Shown here piece by piece: positions 39,755-41,411 of a stretch of DNA of 41,411 bases. A program made the translations under genes and the position numbers. The DNA is from a virus: IMG/VR virus record IMGVR_UViG_3300048907_000031, positions 1 to 41,411 of that record. One strand, 5' to 3'. How positions within the stretch are numbered: position 1 is the first letter of the stretch; each line of letters begins with the position of its first letter. The notes beneath the pieces were generated by a model, which did no database searches, was not told the origin of the DNA, and saw only the letters and a list, made by a program, of their open reading frames with translations.

Positions 39755-40858
39755 ATGTCTTTCGCAAAGATAGTTGCAACTATCATTCTATCCGTTATTG
39801 CTTCCACAGCTTCGGCTGTTCCTGTTGGCACGCCCCCGCCATATAATCTTGGCTTCCCCTTTCCCTTCGTTGGGCTAAACTCGTCCAATGGTGCGACGGA
39901 CTTTTTTGACATCAGTGGCGCGCGGCAGTTTGAAATTTACCCGTTCCCTGGCGCAGTCAATTATTACGCCATTCAAGGGAACATCGCCAACGGCGGCCCT
40001 GCCCTTTCCGCGCAAGGCTCCGACGCCAATATTGACGCCAATATTGCGGCTAAGGGAACCGGCCTCGTTACATTGGGTAACGGCCTTGGTGTGCTGGCGC
40101 AGTTTGGCAACTATAATTCGTTGCCAAACACTGTTTGGCCTCTCATTGATTCGGCGCAGGGCAGTACGGTCATCTATTCGGCTGGCGGCTCCGGGGCAAA
40201 CGTTAATATCAGTATGTTGCCTCTTGGCACAGGCGGCTTCTCGGCGGGGCCTGCCCAAACCGTCACAGGCACCAATGCGACGGCGTTAGGCAGTTCCAAC
40301 AAGGCGAGCGGCTATGCGTCAACCGCAATCGGTATCGCCAGCTATGCGCAAGGGGCCTACTCCGTTTCAACGGGGCAATATGCGTTTGACAATTCCGTGG
40401 TTGGCAAGCGTTCGCATTCGAGCGCGCATCTAGGTTCGGCGCGTGGATCGACGCAAATTTCGGAACAAGTATTCGCCGCGTCAACTTCGTCCGCAACCCC
40501 TGTCAATGCAACGTCAGATGGCGGTGGCAGTTCGACGCTTAATACAATCCAAGTTCAAGCAAACCAAACTGTCGCAAGCCGCATTCTTGTGGTCGCCCGT
40601 AACACGACGACGGGCGCAAGCGCGATGTGGAGCGTCCTGGCCTACTGGAACGAAGGGGCGACGGCTTCGACGCTGGCTTTGGTCTATTCCACAGGCACAG
40701 GTGCGCCGCTCGCTTCTACCGGCACCGGCTCAACTTGGACGGCGACACTCGGAACCAATACAACTACCGGCTATGGTTATGTCATTTGCACCGGAGCGGC
40801 TGGCGAAACCATTCGTTGGACCATTCGCGTTGATAATGTTGAGGATATGAACGGATGA
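39755..40858 (+). CDS. Fibre-like protein with a signal-peptide-like N-terminus and YadA-head (Hep_Hag-like) repeats, 367 aa (373 aa from TTG 39737)
   Basis: MSFAKIVATIILSVIASTASA-VP looks like a Sec signal with an AxA site. NIDANIAAKGTGLVTLG is a fibre-type motif. TGTNATALGSSNKASGYASTAIGIASYAQGAYSVSTGQYA resembles YadA head repeats. Confidence 0.65.
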   Translation: MSFAKIVATIILSVIASTASAVPVGTPPPYNLGFPFPFVGLNSSNGATDFFDISGARQFEIYPFPGAVNYYAIQGNIANGGPALSAQGSDANIDANIAAKGTGLVTLGNGLGVLAQFGNYNSLPNTVWPLIDSAQGSTVIYSAGGSGANVNISMLPLGTGGFSAGPAQTVTGTNATALGSSNKASGYASTAIGIASYAQGAYSVSTGQYAFDNSVVGKRSHSSAHLGSARGSTQISEQVFAASTSSATPVNATSDGGGSSTLNTIQVQANQTVASRILVVARNTTTGASAMWSVLAYWNEGATASTLALVYSTGTGAPLASTGTGSTWTATLGTNTTTGYGYVICTGAAGETIRWTIRVDNVEDMNG

Positions 40859-41411
40859 CAACCCCCACTATCGGCGCGATTCGTTGGGATGCTTGGTATT
40901 CTTCTGTTGCAGGTTCGCCTGCGGCGCAGAACGCGATTGCACTTTCGGACGCCGACTTGCAGCAATATGCGCCTGTTCATTATGCGCAAACTAACAGCTA
41001 TACGCTTTCGGCGGTTGATGGAACGCAAGCGATCATTGATAACGAAATAACTAAAGCCGCCGCCAATGGCCTGAGTTATTGGGCTTATCTTATGTACGGG
41101 CGCAACCCCGGCGACCCGGATTACTCCGGCGCACCCTACATGATGAACGCTTGGGATTTGCACCAATCGTCAAGCATCAAAAACACGATGCCATGGTGCG
41201 CCATGATGCAGCTCGGCATGATGGGTTCGACCGGAAACTACACCGCGCAAGTAAACCAGATGGTGGCGTGGTTCCAGCAGTCGAATTATTTCAAAGTGCT
41301 GACAAACCGCCCGCTGCTTTATATTTGGTGGGGTTCGGCTCCGGCAGACTTGGCGGCTTATTGGGGCGGTTCGCTGGCCAATGTCGCCGCGATGATTACG
41401 GCCTTGCGCGC
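40855..41411 (+). CDS. 5' part of the wrap-around CDS (continues at 128..608 of this record)
   Basis: ATG 40855 overlaps the previous TGA (ATGA). The frame stays open to the end of the window, and its last 127 nt duplicate bases 1-127. Confidence 0.7.
   Translation, partial: MTTPTIGAIRWDAWYSSVAGSPAAQNAIALSDADLQQYAPVHYAQTNSYTLSAVDGTQAIIDNEITKAAANGLSYWAYLMYGRNPGDPDYSGAPYMMNAWDLHQSSSIKNTMPWCAMMQLGMMGSTGNYTAQVNQMVAWFQQSNYFKVLTNRPLLYIWWGSAPADLAAYWGGSLANVAAMITALR
41285..41411. repeat. Terminal direct repeat copy 2
   Basis: Identical to 1..127 by direct reading. Confidence 0.95.

Noticed and set aside
1-41411. A temperate lifestyle, inferred from the P22-like head and tail genes.
   Set aside because: No integrase, excisionase, CI-type repressor or attachment-site candidate was seen in any frame. 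The replication module (PolA, helicase, primase, Sak4) is typical of virulent phages. Absence of evidence from reading alone is not proof.

Overview
The window is one complete tailed-phage genome. Bases 1-127 are repeated exactly at 41285-41411, so the molecule is circular or circularly permuted, with 41,284 unique bp, and the record is opened inside a gene. The gene content is a mosaic.

- **Virion module (+ strand, ~32.7 kb across the junction to 10.5 kb):** P22-like. It has small and large terminase, portal, scaffold, P22-type coat, gp4-like and gp10-like tail adaptors, three ejection proteins (one with a SleB-type murein hydrolase domain) and a beta-helix tailspike.
- **Replication/recombination operon (- strand, 10.5-20.1 kb):** family A DNA polymerase, DnaN-like clamp, SF2 helicase, PD-(D/E)XK nuclease, DUF669-type SSB and Sak4-like ATPase.
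- **Primase-helicase (+ strand):** an AEP/PriCT-2 enzyme read divergently from that operon.
- **Early block of small genes (23-28 kb):** MTase-like protein, VRR-NUC and two paralogous HTH proteins.
- **Two terminator-insulated cassettes (28.2-31.3 kb):** one carries an SGNH esterase.
- **Lysis cassette:** M15 endolysin, holin and overlapped spanins.

I saw no integrase, lysogeny repressor, tRNA, rRNA or CRISPR array. All functional calls come from recalled family signatures and gene order. No database search was run.

The most notable unexplained signals are:
1. The 9-mer GTGTGGGCA occurs at least 10 times on the + strand and once on the - strand, against about 0.16 expected per strand. Synonymous codon positions are fixed in the coding copies, and spacing is about 2 kb across the late region.
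2. A 43-unit hexanucleotide array (GCCGNN) fills the only large gap in the replication operon.
3. A small Cys4 protein ends in the SSB C-terminal tip sequence EDEIPF, while the phage SSB-like protein lacks that tip.
4. Three genes are inserted between the gp4 and gp10 homologues: a YadA-head-repeat protein, a GH99-like protein and a fibre-anchor protein.
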